From Daphnia carinata (lineage: Eukaryota), in contig NC_081333.1 of assembly GCF_022539665.2 (NCBI RefSeq), forward strand, positions 8,928,001 through 8,992,000: a DNA stretch of 64,000 bases, given 5' to 3'. The notes below the pieces were generated by a model. That model ran no database searches. It was not told the DNA's origin and saw nothing but the letters and a program-made list of their open reading frames with translations. Position numbers and translations under genes: made by a program. Positions 43,401 to 55,819 of this stretch are shown here, piece by piece. Position 1 is the first letter of the stretch, and each line of letters begins with the position of its first letter.

Positions 43401-44247
43401 ATGGATAGGACTGAAAGGAAAGGCCAATTTTTGTATTACTGGTAATTTATCATGAAGCATTGTAAATTCCTTACCGAAAGAGGCAAATCTTTACAACATT
43501 CAGCCAGCCCAAATCCATTTTCTTTCCCACCCCAGCTCTGAAAAACCAACAAACAACACACCAGATATGGTATTTCATTTTATGAAAATTATTAAACATG
43601 TATGAAAATGAGTTCGTACTTCTGCAAGGTATGTGAGCCGAGACAGAAGGCTGACCCTTCGTTCGGAGGCTAATCTGCTGATGAAATTGCTTCGTTTTGA
43701 AAACATGTAAAGTAAATTCAAAACACCGAGAACAACATTCAAACAATTGGATGATAGCATTGACGTCAAATGCTCCATGGAGTTGTACAAATGACGCGAA
43801 AAAGAATGCTCTATGAGCAAGGTGGTGAAGTGCAAGGTCCATAGCAGTAATTCCTTCAACTAAACAAAAAAAGAACATTTAAAAAACAGCAATTATAGAG
43901 CAGTAAGAAAAAACAAACATTACTTGTTTGTTTTGTGGTAAATCACAGGCAAGAACCCAACTATTCTCATGTTCTTTGTGACAAGCACGTTCTAAGATGG
44001 AGTCGCAGAGATCCAACACATCAACCCAATGATAAAGTTCACATTTTCCATAGGTCCATGTTTCTATTTTCTTCAATTCCGCTAGAAGTTCATCTTCACT
44101 GCATGACTTTAACCTTTCTATCAAGGCTTTACAATCTGCAGGCTGTTATTAAAAAAAGTAATTAGACATTTATCAATTTTCAAAGAACCAAATGTCAATT
44201 ACCACTTCCGAGCTGCTTTTTTTCAGCTTGCTTCTATCAATCTTCAT
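28452..44247 (-). CDS. HUWE1: HECT E3 ubiquitin ligase HUWE1 (armadillo-like N-terminal repeats, UBA, UIM, WWE, acidic region, UBMs, HECT)
   Basis: Start [104 protein letters not shown]...[18 protein letters not shown]...ECSEGFGFA*. Confidence 0.97.
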
Positions 44248-45827
44248 GGTGTAGATTTTTTATCGCAACATGAGAAGAAATATCTGCAACATCAATAGTT
44301 GTAGGTTATTTGAAACTAGATTACTATTGCTTCTCTTATGTTCTATTGTTCCTACAGCCACTTGCAATGTTTTTAAATATCTGAAAATGAAATTCATCAA
44401 ATCGAATGTTGTCAAACGTCGGCAAGATGATGACAAACAGAAGATTGGGCAATAATACAACATGCAAATTAAACTCACTACAGGTTAGAGGGCCGCCATG
44501 ATGACCAGACTACTACGACTTTAAGAGTAAGTATGTCTAACGATCTTTTAATTTCTGTCTATCATCGACCATTTAAGATAGGTGTCATCTCGATCAGTTA
44601 AATTCTGTTTGAAAACTTAGAAATTTTATGAGAACCTTATAAATCCTCGGGATGATAAGTTTTCTAAATCCGGTCGAGTAAAAAGCCACGATCGGGAATT
44701 CTGCTGATACTTTTGCATTCAAAGCAACGTTGCAACAAAGCAACAAAAAATCTTTTCGCTTCAAATTTAGGAGAAAAATGGCGAAGCCAACATTGCCAGT
44801 TCAATGACGGTAGCAAAAATGTTAGATTTTAGCTGTTACCTTTCAAGCGAAATGCCTAGCACTGACACAGCTATAATTTTAATTACAGTGATAGATGTAT
44901 TTGACTATTGAAAAGCACTGTAGCCTACCATAAAAGACCAGGAGAATTCCTTGTGTACAAAAGCAAACCGATTCATGCTGTTTACCGCGTTACCTACTGT
45001 TGCTGCTGGGGCATGAAGTAGGCAAAACGAAGTCCAGCCCAACCATTTTTTTATTCAAGTTCAAGTAAAATCACAAAAAATGGATGCTGTTAAATTTTTC
45101 TGAGTGGAGACTACGGAGCTCAAGAAAACCTTAAATAATTCTTAACGTGTTATCCACTTGCCGTTACGCCACGACTGGTTAATGATAATGATGTAACCAA
45201 GCTTGGCATCAAAGCAGACATGTTTATTGGCAAAATAACTTTCGCTGCCAAAATTTTTTTGCAAAATTGGGTGTAATATTTTAAAAAATGCGTAGAAATC
45301 TTAATGGCACATTTAACAATACGGGCTAAACTACCTGATGGCAGATCTTACTAAGAGCTCCTAGGAACGATGTTTTGCTGTGATGATAGACAATGATCAC
45401 GTCTTCCGTTTTCCTTACGTTTTTTTAGTCACCTACGTTTTTTATTTAAACTAAATTATACCAAAAAAATAACAAGTAACGTTGATAAGTAATCAGGAAG
45501 AAGTAGCAGATTTCACATTTCAATGCAGACTGGTCAAAGGAGAGGAAAATTGTGAAAAAAGAGAACCTGCTGGTGTAAATTTTTAACCTAAGTCAATATG
45601 CCAGTATTGTTGTGGCTCTTGTTCATAGGAGCTCTGGTCTAATAGACAGCAACAGTATTGCAGGAAACAGAAAAGAATAGTTAAGCTAAGTTGCTAGGTT
45701 AAAAAGTTTATTAGAGGTAAGAAAATAACTAAAAAAAACCCTTTAAAATGCTAGCGCCCCAATTACGCAATCGACTATATGACAGCATCAAAATGAGACT
45801 CCGTTCCAATTAAAATAAATTTCATTT

Positions 45828-47278
45828 TCAGGCGTCATGAACACCATCTATAAATGCAGCAAGATGTTCTGGATCCACGTCGGGGTATATGCCATGCCCA
45901 AGATTCGCTATGTAACGTTGGCTACCAAATCGATGAACCATATTTTTGGCAATAACTTCAATGCTTTCCTAAGAAGGTAAATTAACGAAAATTTCACAGC
46001 TATGTAAAAAATTCCAAAGGTCCTACTCAGCCGACGTAGCTGAACGGATCATTATACCTTTGTTCCATAAAGGGCACAAGGGTCCATATTTCCTTGTACA
46101 GTAATGTTAGGTCCAACCCTTTGTCGACCTTCTTCGGGCTTTATCGTCCAATCAAGCCCTATAATATCATAGCCAGTAGAACTGAGCTGCTCAAGAGAGA
46201 AATGCCCTCCTTTCGGAAAAATGCACTGAAGAAATTTACAAACTTAGGACGGCAAAACAAATAAATAATGGAGTAGCATTTTGCTTCAGTTTACCATGGG
46301 CACGTCTACTTTTGCTCGTACGCGTTCCTGGATCTGCTTGATGTAGGGAAGTGCAAACTGAGTAAAAAGATCGGGACTCAAGTACTCGGCGTGAGATTCA
46401 AACACCTGCAGCATCTACTAATATCCAATGTGATTAAAGATTTTCGCTTCTAACAGGATGAATTCTTTAGAACCTGTGCGCCGGCTTTAACTTGCCCAAC
46501 CAAAAAATCAACTATAACATCAGTTAAAATTTGAAGTAATTTGTGAGATTCCGCGGGATAGCGATAGAGCCAGGCTTTGGACTTTGACATGGTTTTTGAA
46601 CCCCCACCTTCAATCATGTAGCTCATAAGGGTCCACTAATAACAACAGAAAAAAGTATAAACTGCACTTTCACAAATAGCATTTAACTTACGTACAGGTG
46701 CACCTGCAAATCCAATTAAAGGTACTTTTCCTTCTAACTTGTGGCGAGTTAGATTTATGGCTTTAAAAACGTAGCCTAATTTGTCATCTACGTTTATTGG
46801 GGTTTCCAACATGTTTAGATCTTCTGGTGTAACAAGCGGTGATGTAAAAACCGGCCCTTCACCTGCTTTCATAAGAACTTCCATGCCTAATGCCTGGGGA
46901 ACCACTAGAATATCTGAGAAGATTATAGCTGCATCTAGAGGGAACCTTCTGATAGGTTGCAGAGTTATTTCACATGCAACTTCTGGTGTTCGGCACATTG
47001 AGAAAAAATCATGGTTCACCCTTGTAGCACGAAACTCTATATAAAATGTCATGAACAATGGATCAACCACTACAAAATAATAGGTACAAAAAAAACCTGG
47101 TAAATATCGCCCGGCTTGTCTCATGACCCAGACTGGTACTTTGTCTGTTTCCTCTCCACGAGCTGCTCGCAAAATTCGATCATTTTTCAGTTGGGGGAAA
47201 ATCTGTTTAAACAAAAATTATGATTAAGACTGGTAATTTTTAGCAAGCAAAAAGAATGAGAGGAATTACCAAGTCCAT
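45828..47278 (-). CDS. UROD: Uroporphyrinogen decarboxylase
   Basis: [83 protein letters not shown]; stop TGA at 45828. Confidence 0.96.
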
Positions 47279-48321
47279 TTCCGGGTAGGGCTACGTGATA
47301 ACTAGCAGTTTCCATCCAAGTTTATTCCAGGGTTTATCATTTTGAACTTTGTATCGCCACGTCTCGCGGGTCACCCAATGATAAACACGAATCAGTGACA
47401 TCTAGCAATGCGTTCAACGAATTACTACACACTCCGTCTTGCTTGTGCAATGTTTATTGTGCTCAGTAAATTTGGCTATTTGTAAGAGACTGTAAATAAA
47501 ATGCTAAACATATGTTTAGTAAGAAAAATTGAATTTATTTGATTTGGGGAATGTAAAATTTTGTTGAAAATGTGGAAAATACTATGTAAACTGGAATTTT
47601 TTTATTATTTCAAAAAGCAAACCTTGTTGAAGCTGGAAATTCCATTGCAGATATGATCTTTGTTTTTACGATTCGTCAGATTCATTCATATAGATGATGA
47701 TGATCTTCTGAATGCCACATCTTCCAACAACTTTGATTCGTAAAGTTGCCAACCATGTTTCTTGGAAGCACACCCTGGATGCAAGCTTCTCAAGTGCATG
47801 AAGCTGAAATGTGTTCAACATATTTAAAACAGTATTGCATGGTACAGCAAGCATGTCAAAGAGATGCATGGCCAATGCCTATCATAACATTTATTAATCT
47901 TTTGTAGCCAATGCAATTTTAGCTATTGCTTTACCTCAAGTTTTTGTTTGTTTGTTGCCTAGTCTGCAAAGTGAGGTGCCAGCCATAGTTTAACTCTCTC
48001 CAGTTTTCTTGTAGTTTTTCTCATTCGAGCTAAGTAATGTTATTCATTAAAATCCATAGCTTTTAAATTTACCAATATTCACACTACCCTACGGCTGGCG
48101 GAGCAATGACAGAACTTTTACAATGACACCAGTCAGCTGTCTGCTTAATTGGCGCGTAATTTTTTAAAATGCTCGCATTTGTTTGCTGAATCAGAGCCAT
48201 CTATCACATATTTGGGACTGATACTCCTCCTTTCTACTGAATTCTACCAACTTGTCTGCTTCCTGCCTCCTTCTAATACGAAATATCACAGCAGTTCGTA
48301 TACTAGTGCGTTGTTAAACAC

Positions 48322-48410
48322 AAAAAAAAATTAAGCAATATACAACAAGGATTCGAACCTATGATAGCAGTATGGCAGCCGCATACTATGCCACATCACC
48401 ATAACTTCAC
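48322..48410 (-). other. Degenerate tRNA-like Pol III unit (tRNA-Gly(GCC)-like pseudogene or SINE head)
   Basis: Minus strand: A-box-like TGGTGATGTGG (48401-48391), CTGCCA anticodon-like loop, perfect B box GGTTCGAATCC (48359-48349), then a T9 run. No convincing acceptor stem. Confidence 0.5.
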
Positions 48411-48479
48411 TTAATCTTACTATGTACATCAGCTGCCTATTTGAATGGCTGACAGCCAAAGCAAAATTTGGTTGGAATG

Positions 48480-48553
48480 TGCGGTCCTGGCACCGTGGTT
48501 ATCACCCACGCTTTGTATTCTGTCGGCCCCGGATTCAAATCCCGACACCTCCA
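48480..48553 (+). other. Degenerate tRNA-like unit (tRNA pseudogene or SINE head)
   Basis: A-box-like TGGCACCGTGG (48488-48498) and B-box-like GATTCAAATCC (48532-48542) inside a decayed T-arm (ccgga-TTCAAAT-cccga), at tRNA-like spacing. Confidence 0.4.
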
Positions 48554-49594
48554 ATTTCCAAGCCCTCACTTCCCTCCATGCTCTCCTCCCACCCCTCTAC
48601 GTCGTCATTCAAGATTCTTCATCTCATCGAATTACGCAAGATTCTACATCCTCATCATTTCGGACATCATATACACCAAATGACAACGCCTTCAAGAAAG
48701 AAGAGCAGAAAGAAGAAACAAGGAGCCATGCCTATAATAAGGGGCTAAAAATGGCACACCAAAAGAAGCCATGCCAGGCTAAAAATGGCAAAAAAACAAA
48801 TCGATCTGTAGTACTGTTCACTACATTGAAGATCGACCCACAAACTCAGGTAGAGAAAGGGTAATCGGAGCTCGTAGGTTGTTCGTAAGCCTCCCCAATA
48901 GGTTCATGGATGCTGGCAGCTAATCATCGAGGTACGTGGCCCCCTTCGATACCGTTTTTTATTTTCATTCCTGTGTCTAACACCAGTAGGCCTAGGGCGT
49001 ATCGTAGTGCGGCTAGCAGGTTAGTAGGTAGTGCGGCTAGCTGGTAATTAAAGAGGTAATATCGTTCACTTTTCGCTCGATTGGGTAACAAATTAAATTC
49101 TACAGGAATCTATAAAAAAGGGAGGAAAATTTTGCGAAATCAAAGTCTTCGCAGTGTTTCAAATTTATTCTTAACTAGTCGTCACGTTGACACTAAATTT
49201 GCTCCACTTTCCTCGTTCACGGCACAATAACAAACAATTAAAGGTTCGGAAAGAGGAGGTATAAAGGACAGGCGACACCGAGGACAAATGGGAAAAATCG
49301 TACAAACACGGCAGCTTTCAATAGAAAAATTTCAAATATTCGCCATACATTCACCTTTTATACAGAGAAGAACCGTTCCAATATAGACAGCAGTTATGAT
49401 GCAATTTGATCATCTTTACTATAGCTGATGTTTGCCACTAACTGCGCGGCAAGCGAAAGCATAGCTAATTCTTAATGTTATAACATTAGCCAACAAGTTT
49501 TCCCTCGACCATTTAAATGACGCCAAATAAATCAAAGATTGAATGCCTCAGCAAAACTTCAGTGTGACTCTTCTTTATGTGATGCACAGCGTCA

Positions 49595-52500
49595 TTACTG
49601 CGAATAGCTACCAGGGTAGGGTTGAGAGTAGTTTGGTGTGAAATCGTTACCGCCGTGATTATTATACTGGTTGTTAAAATTGCTGCCGTCCAACGTATTA
49701 TATCCCGGTTGTGAATTTTGTGGATAGGTCGCATAAGCCGGAGTAACGGGCGCATTTGAGCCGAAGTACGAAGTAGGGAAGTAAGGAGGTGTAGAATAAT
49801 GTCCATTAGGTGGTGGTAGGGAATGTGAGGGGTAGGTAGCGTTCGCTGCACTAGTCATATTATTGTAGCTCGCCCACTGGTTATCCGTGTCGAAGTTGTT
49901 GGAATACTGATTGTATGAATCTGTTGATGGGGTTGAAGGACCTGATGATGAAGAGCCCCCAATACGACTTGTGCTGATGAAATTTGTTTGGCCTTGTTGA
50001 GTCTGTAGCTGTTGCGATGACCAGGACCAGTTTGCTTGACTGCTAGTGGACGCATCGTTCCACTGTCCCGTATTGTTCCATTGCTGTTGGCTGGCAGTAA
50101 ACTGCTGAGAATCTGACCACGAAGGTATTCCACCAGATGTTGTTTGCTCACCACTCCACTGTAAACCACGCCCGGTGGCTTCACCAGCTACATTGCTTAC
50201 AGGTTTCAGCAAATCCTTCAGACTTTCGGCAGTTGGTCTTACTGCTGCAGATGTGCATGAAGCAAAACCCTCCAACTGGGAAGCTAAAGAAAGATTATCA
50301 AACACACCACTTCCATTCCGAGTACTTGCACTGCTGTCCAGAGCAGGCTGACGCTCCTCTGCGTTTTTCGTGGCAAAATCAACGAGATCAGATGAAAATT
50401 CGGAAGGTCGATTAAAGTTTGGAGATTTTCCTGCTAAAGGAGATGCAGATAAAGAAGACAGAGACGAGAGAGCCGTCGGAGTAGAAGAAATAGTCCTGGA
50501 AATCACGGATGACTCCATCGGTGACGAATGATCTGCGATAGGTGGTATTTTTGAAAGAGGTTCCACCGTTGCCGTAGGACGGCGTGGTATAAAAACTCGA
50601 GCTTTCGACACGTTGGGGGTAACTGTAGCAACTTTTTTGGGCAGTGAAGCACTTGGCAGTGCCCTTGCTTTGGGATCTAACAGGCTAGAAGTTCTTTTCG
50701 GAGACATGCCGCTACTGCTATTGCTGTCAAAGTCTGACTGACTGCAACCTACTCCTACATCAGTCAGTAAGTCCGCGGCTGATTTTTGAGCCAAGCTGGC
50801 TAGCTGTTTAGCGAAATGGTTGAGACTCGAATTGTTGTCAGCCGAGGGAGGGTCTTTTGAGGTGGTAGAAGAGCTTCTACTCATTTTTGTAGTTATGTTG
50901 CTCAGGGTATTTCCGAAACCCTTATTTCCAGCTAGATTTTGCCGAATCTGAGCCAAGAGTGCGCTTTTATCATTAAACGATATCACTTGCTTAGCGCTTT
51001 CGGCAATTGAAGATTTTTGCTGCATTTCTGTGACGAATGAAAATATGTTAGAAAAATAAAATATAATTAATTCTATATTATTGTTACCCCGTATCCGTTT
51101 CAACATCGATTGTTCCACCAGAGAAGTTCTGGACCCTCCGCTGTATGAGGGTAATACTGCTGGTGTATCCTGAACACCGATAGGAGGGTACGGAGTTTTA
51201 AGATTCAAGCCGAGGGCTGCAGCAATTGCTGAAGGAGATGCTGGCGTAGCAGGAGCGGCTGAATGAATACGGAAGATTTTTCCTTCCGGCGTTTGCATAT
51301 AAATGCCTTTCGGTGTTTTTATCAATTTCACCCTGGTTCCAGTGGATAAAACTATTGGCGACGTTTCGCCTGTTCCACCAGATATTTGATTTCTTGCGAT
51401 TGTCACGTCTTTCGTGAGTACCATTTCTTTGCAGATTAATTTGCCTTGAGCCAGCGCTTCAGCCAATAAATCCATACCCATCCCTTGGAGAGGTGAGCTG
51501 GGGGTTTGCTTGATTGGAATATTAGATGGACGACCAGACTGGTACATCGGATTTGGGCGACCGTAAGCGCCGTTATTATTGTCCATCGATGGAATGGGAA
51601 CTGGCATTTTAGGATAATATGACGAGTAATTCTGACGTCTATACTGCATACTGCCGTCCAGTTTGGCTTTTTCATAGAGACGTTGTGCCATTCGTTTTTC
51701 AGCCTTCGATAATCCTGAATCTTTTCCCTCCAGCAAAAGTGTGCCATGTTCGAAGGGATCTTTGGTAAAACTGCTGCCCCAGCGCTGCAAAACATGTCCT
51801 AAAATGGAATCCGTAATTCTAAGTTTTGAATCGTGGTTGTAGGCATCTCCAAAATCTTTGGGAGGCGGGTCATCTTCGTCGTCGCAAACAAGGCTCGTGA
51901 CTTCTTTCAAAGATAATCGAGCTTCGGGATTCAGTTCATCGACAACACGATCCGCTGTTCCCTGTTTGCCAATCTGTCGGTCGTAGATTTTTTTCTCAAG
52001 TGAATTGTCAGTCACCAATCGGTAAATGAAGCATTGTTTTTGTTGACCGTATCTACGTTCGAGAAATGCGAATGAAAGAATGAGTTAACAACTTCATGGT
52101 TGGCACTAATCACATACTAAAAATGACACAATCAAGAAAGAGGGAACCTACCGATACACTCGACAGACTGCCTGGGCGTCGTGACACGGGTTCCAGGAAG
52201 CGTCAAAAACGATGACACGATTTGCACCTATCAAATTAATCCCAAGGCTTCCTGCACGGGTAGATATTAGAAAAAGCAAAATATCGGCATTGGCATTGAA
52301 CTCATTGACAAGTTTTTCGCGTTCCATGCCGGTGGTACTGCCATCCAGCCGAAAATAAGATTTGTTCTTGCACCAATGCTCTTCTCCTCGCACTAGTAGA
52401 AAAATTTTTTGCCAATTTCAACAAAAGAAATGTGTTAGCGGCAATGCAATCGATCCTTACGTGGAATTCGGCGTTGCTGCAGAAATTCTTCAAGCATATT

Positions 52501-55424
52501 TAGAGTGAACAGTGACTGGCTAAATACAAGGAGCCTATCTCCAATTTTAACAGACTCCTCAAGTATGGTGAAAAAGATTTTCGTTTTGGCAGCATTTTCA
52601 ACATCACCGGGGATGTATCCTGTAACCAAAAAGGAAACAAGTTAACTTCGACAGAAGGAAACCGAAGAACAACTTAAAAGAACACCTTTTAATATTTCGT
52701 GCGCCCAATCTAAAGACGCGACATCATCTTTTTTCTCTTTGGCACATTCATTGGCTCCTTGATCAGTTAAGGAGCCTGTTAAAAGGGTTGATTGTCTACT
52801 GTCTCCGGCTTCATCATCAGTAGGAACAGAAATAGGAGTAGGAAGCGAAGGCATTAATGGGGCATTAGCGACGGCACAATTTTTCTTCTTTTTTCGATTT
52901 TCTGGCGCTTCTTCGTCCAATTCCAGGTCGAGGTCATCCTTTCCTTTCTTGAAAAAGTTAAACAAGACGTCGGGGTGGTTCCAAATCTTGAGACAAACGG
53001 CAAACGCTTTCAGTGGATTGGACACCGATTTATTCAGCAAAAGCTGAGACATGTAGTGTTTGTAGAGTTCTCGTTGTAACTTCGTCATTCTTAGGAGAAG
53101 TACATGTTCTTCTTTATGAGGAAGGCTATTGCGTAACACTGCGTGACTTCTTCGCTGAACGAAACCCTTCACTAAAGAATGCAGTACATAGACCCGTTCT
53201 TTCATAAGTTTCACATCAGCCGGGTTACTATCCACACACTGCCCATTCTGAATTGGCCGTTCGAACATATTTCCAAATTCGGTTCTCGTACCGAGAAAGT
53301 TCGGCCGAACAAAATCTACCATGCACCTGTTTGTTTAAAAAAGGTTTGCAAACATTAAAATAAAAACATGGTAGTTAGTTTTGACCAATAAGAAGGAATT
53401 GCATAAAGTATCAAATCTCACCAGTACTCAAGAAGGTTGTTTTGTAAAGGATACCCTGTCAGAACGATTCGACGCCGCGTACGAACTTCTTTTAGCGCAA
53501 CTGAGATGGATGTTTTCATGTTCTTGATGCGGTGGCCTTCGTCGCATATTATCAATTCTGGTCCAGGGTTGACTAACGCTTGATAAATGTCTGTTCAGAA
53601 ATATTTTAGATTAGAAAGGATTTTATACCACAATAAAATTAACCCTACTTTCAAGTCGTCCTTTCTCCTTTTCTTCTTCTTCTAAATCAATGAATCCTGA
53701 AACTTTTTTCTTTTTTGGAACCTTCGATCGTTTCTTCTCTTTACTCTCTCGTTGTGTATAAAATAGCCGATATAATTCGTATCCGATAAGAAGGACACCG
53801 CCTTGACTTGCCCAATCAGCTATTACCTACAAATGAAAAATAGAATGAAATCTATTATCTACAAAATTTCTTGTATTGCACTGCACAAAGAATAAAATTT
53901 TCAAAAAGTAGCAATCAAATATACCTTAGATCTCGAGTTGAGGTCTTTTGTTGTGTCATTCAAAACATGCAGATTGAAACTGCGAAGTTGTACAGGAGGA
54001 TCGTTTTCATTCATTTCAGGATTGGGTTCCGACGGTAACCAAGAGTTAAACTCAGAAACCCAATTTTGAATGGTGTTAATCGGAACAATGATCAATACAG
54101 TTCTCGCTTTGGTGTGGCGTAAGAAAACTTCTGAAAATGCGCACACCTGAAAAGTTTTACCTAGACCCATTGAATGTGCCAAAATACAGCCAAATCCCTC
54201 TGACGTAGAGAATTGTTCTAAGCTCTCCACAACATTATCGTACAGAAAACGGATGCCTCCTATCTGATGAGCTTTGGCTGCCCTAGCTAGTTGTGGAGCT
54301 AGGAAAATGTCGCCTTCACTGGATGGGTGCCCGACATTTACCAAAACTCGGCCTTCACTATCTGGCTTATTCAGCTCATCTCTCGTATGAAGGCCGAAAT
54401 TATGAACATCACTGTCTTCTTCAATTAATTCCGGTTTTTCGTCGTCACCTTAAATTCGACGAAAATCTACAATAATTTTTTATGTTTACAAATTAATACT
54501 TTTAATCGCATACCAGAGAGTATGACAACATCATCGTCGTCATCATCAGGGGCATAGTGCTTAGAGCAGGCTGGAGCTTGTGGTGTTGGTTTGGGCGGGT
54601 ATTCTTCATCATCACTTGAAAGGCATATCACGTCATCATAGATGTGTTTTTGTGCACACACTTCCTGATTGTCATTCTAAGAAGTTTGTGAAATTAGCTT
54701 CTGTGAAAAATTCAGTAAATCATGAATACAGGGATACCTTAACTGCATCCTTAACAGTGGGGGGCTGTGAAGTTTGTCTGAAGTGCTGATTGTTTTCCAA
54801 GAACTGTATCGGTATATCTGGAGAAAGTGTGCTGTCTTCTAATTCATGTGCTAATGCTTGCAAATCTTCAACCAAAGTTGAAACAGGTGTATTATTGTCT
54901 TCTTCATCAAAATGTGAGATATAACTGCATTCTGGAACTTGTTGTTGTTGTTGTTGTTGTTGTTGGATTCTTTGCACTCTTTCAATTTCTCTCTGTTGAG
55001 CAGCTCTTGTTTCTGCTTCAAGTTCATCTCCTTTAAGGATATCTCTAATGTTTTTACGCATATGAGCTTTCAATTTTTCATTTTTTGGTTTCACTTCTTT
55101 AGACTTGTTGGCAGCTTCAGTTGTAACTTTCTTCTTCTTTTTCTTCTTTTGTGGGCTTGTAACATTTTGTTTTGCATCACTTTGCTCAATTGGTATAGCA
55201 GCCGGAAGGCTAGAAGCATCATCCCCCAAAACTGCCTCACAGATATGTCTAAGTGAGTTCAAACATTCAAGGTTTTCACTGTCCTCACTTAACTTTCGTT
55301 TTTTGCTGACTACACTTCCATTATTATCTGGATGTTCTTGTTTATTAGATTCTTCAAACTTGTTACTGTCACTTGGAAAATCCTGACTATTTGTCAGGTT
55401 CCATTCTTGAGGCTCTAGTTCCAT
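49595..55424 (-). CDS. RAD54L2: SNF2-family helicase ARIP4/RAD54L2
   Basis: [131 protein letters not shown]; stop at 49595. Confidence 0.95.
54939..54963 (-). repeat. Coding CAA microsatellite (poly-Gln) in ARIP4
   Basis: (TTG)8 on the plus strand, translated as QQQQQQQQ in the ARIP4 first exon. Confidence 0.85.
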
Positions 55425-55819
55425 TTTCCATTCATATAAACGATTCGAAGGGAAAAACGTCGCACTGGTTTCGAGTAATTATTCAGGTCAAATAACTTAT
55501 CTTTGCAACACTCGCATATTCAAGATATCCTAAGTTCATTAGAAGTAGTTTTGCGGTTAATGTTTTTGATCACTTTTTACATCAACTACCGATGAAATAT
55601 ACTGGGAAAAACGCCATTGTTGCCCAATTGTTCTGTCTCATAATGCCATCTGGGGGGGGTTACTATACATTTCCTCTCCTTAAAGGTACTAGCAGAAGCC
55701 ACAAACGAGAAAAACGAGCGTTCTTCAATTCGCTTACTTTAAATTTCGACGTGTATGTCTATGGTAATTTTTTACTGTTGATATTTTGATACCAAACACA
55801 TTGAATTAGGCGAATAACA
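55425..55819. promoter_or_regulatory. Probable bidirectional promoter between ARIP4 and ISY1
   Basis: Divergent start codons separated by 395 nt; contains a CTCF-like motif at 55645-55656. Confidence 0.7.

Noticed and set aside
29701..43878. Many alternative-frame and antisense ORFs overlapping HUWE1 (also GCN2 and ARIP4)
   Set aside because: Shadow ORFs of long coding exons with no independent homology cues.
47279..47345. Upstream ATGs (47315, 47340) before UROD
   Set aside because: 47315 is out of frame with exon 2 and 47340 hits a stop quickly; whether they are transcribed as uORFs cannot be judged without a mapped start site.
48322..48553. Calling the two tRNA-like units functional tRNA genes
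   Set aside because: Acceptor and T stems do not pair properly.
48422..48864. Plus-strand ORFs of 108-139 aa in the island
   Set aside because: They overlap the tRNA-like unit, are low complexity and show no transposase or other motif.
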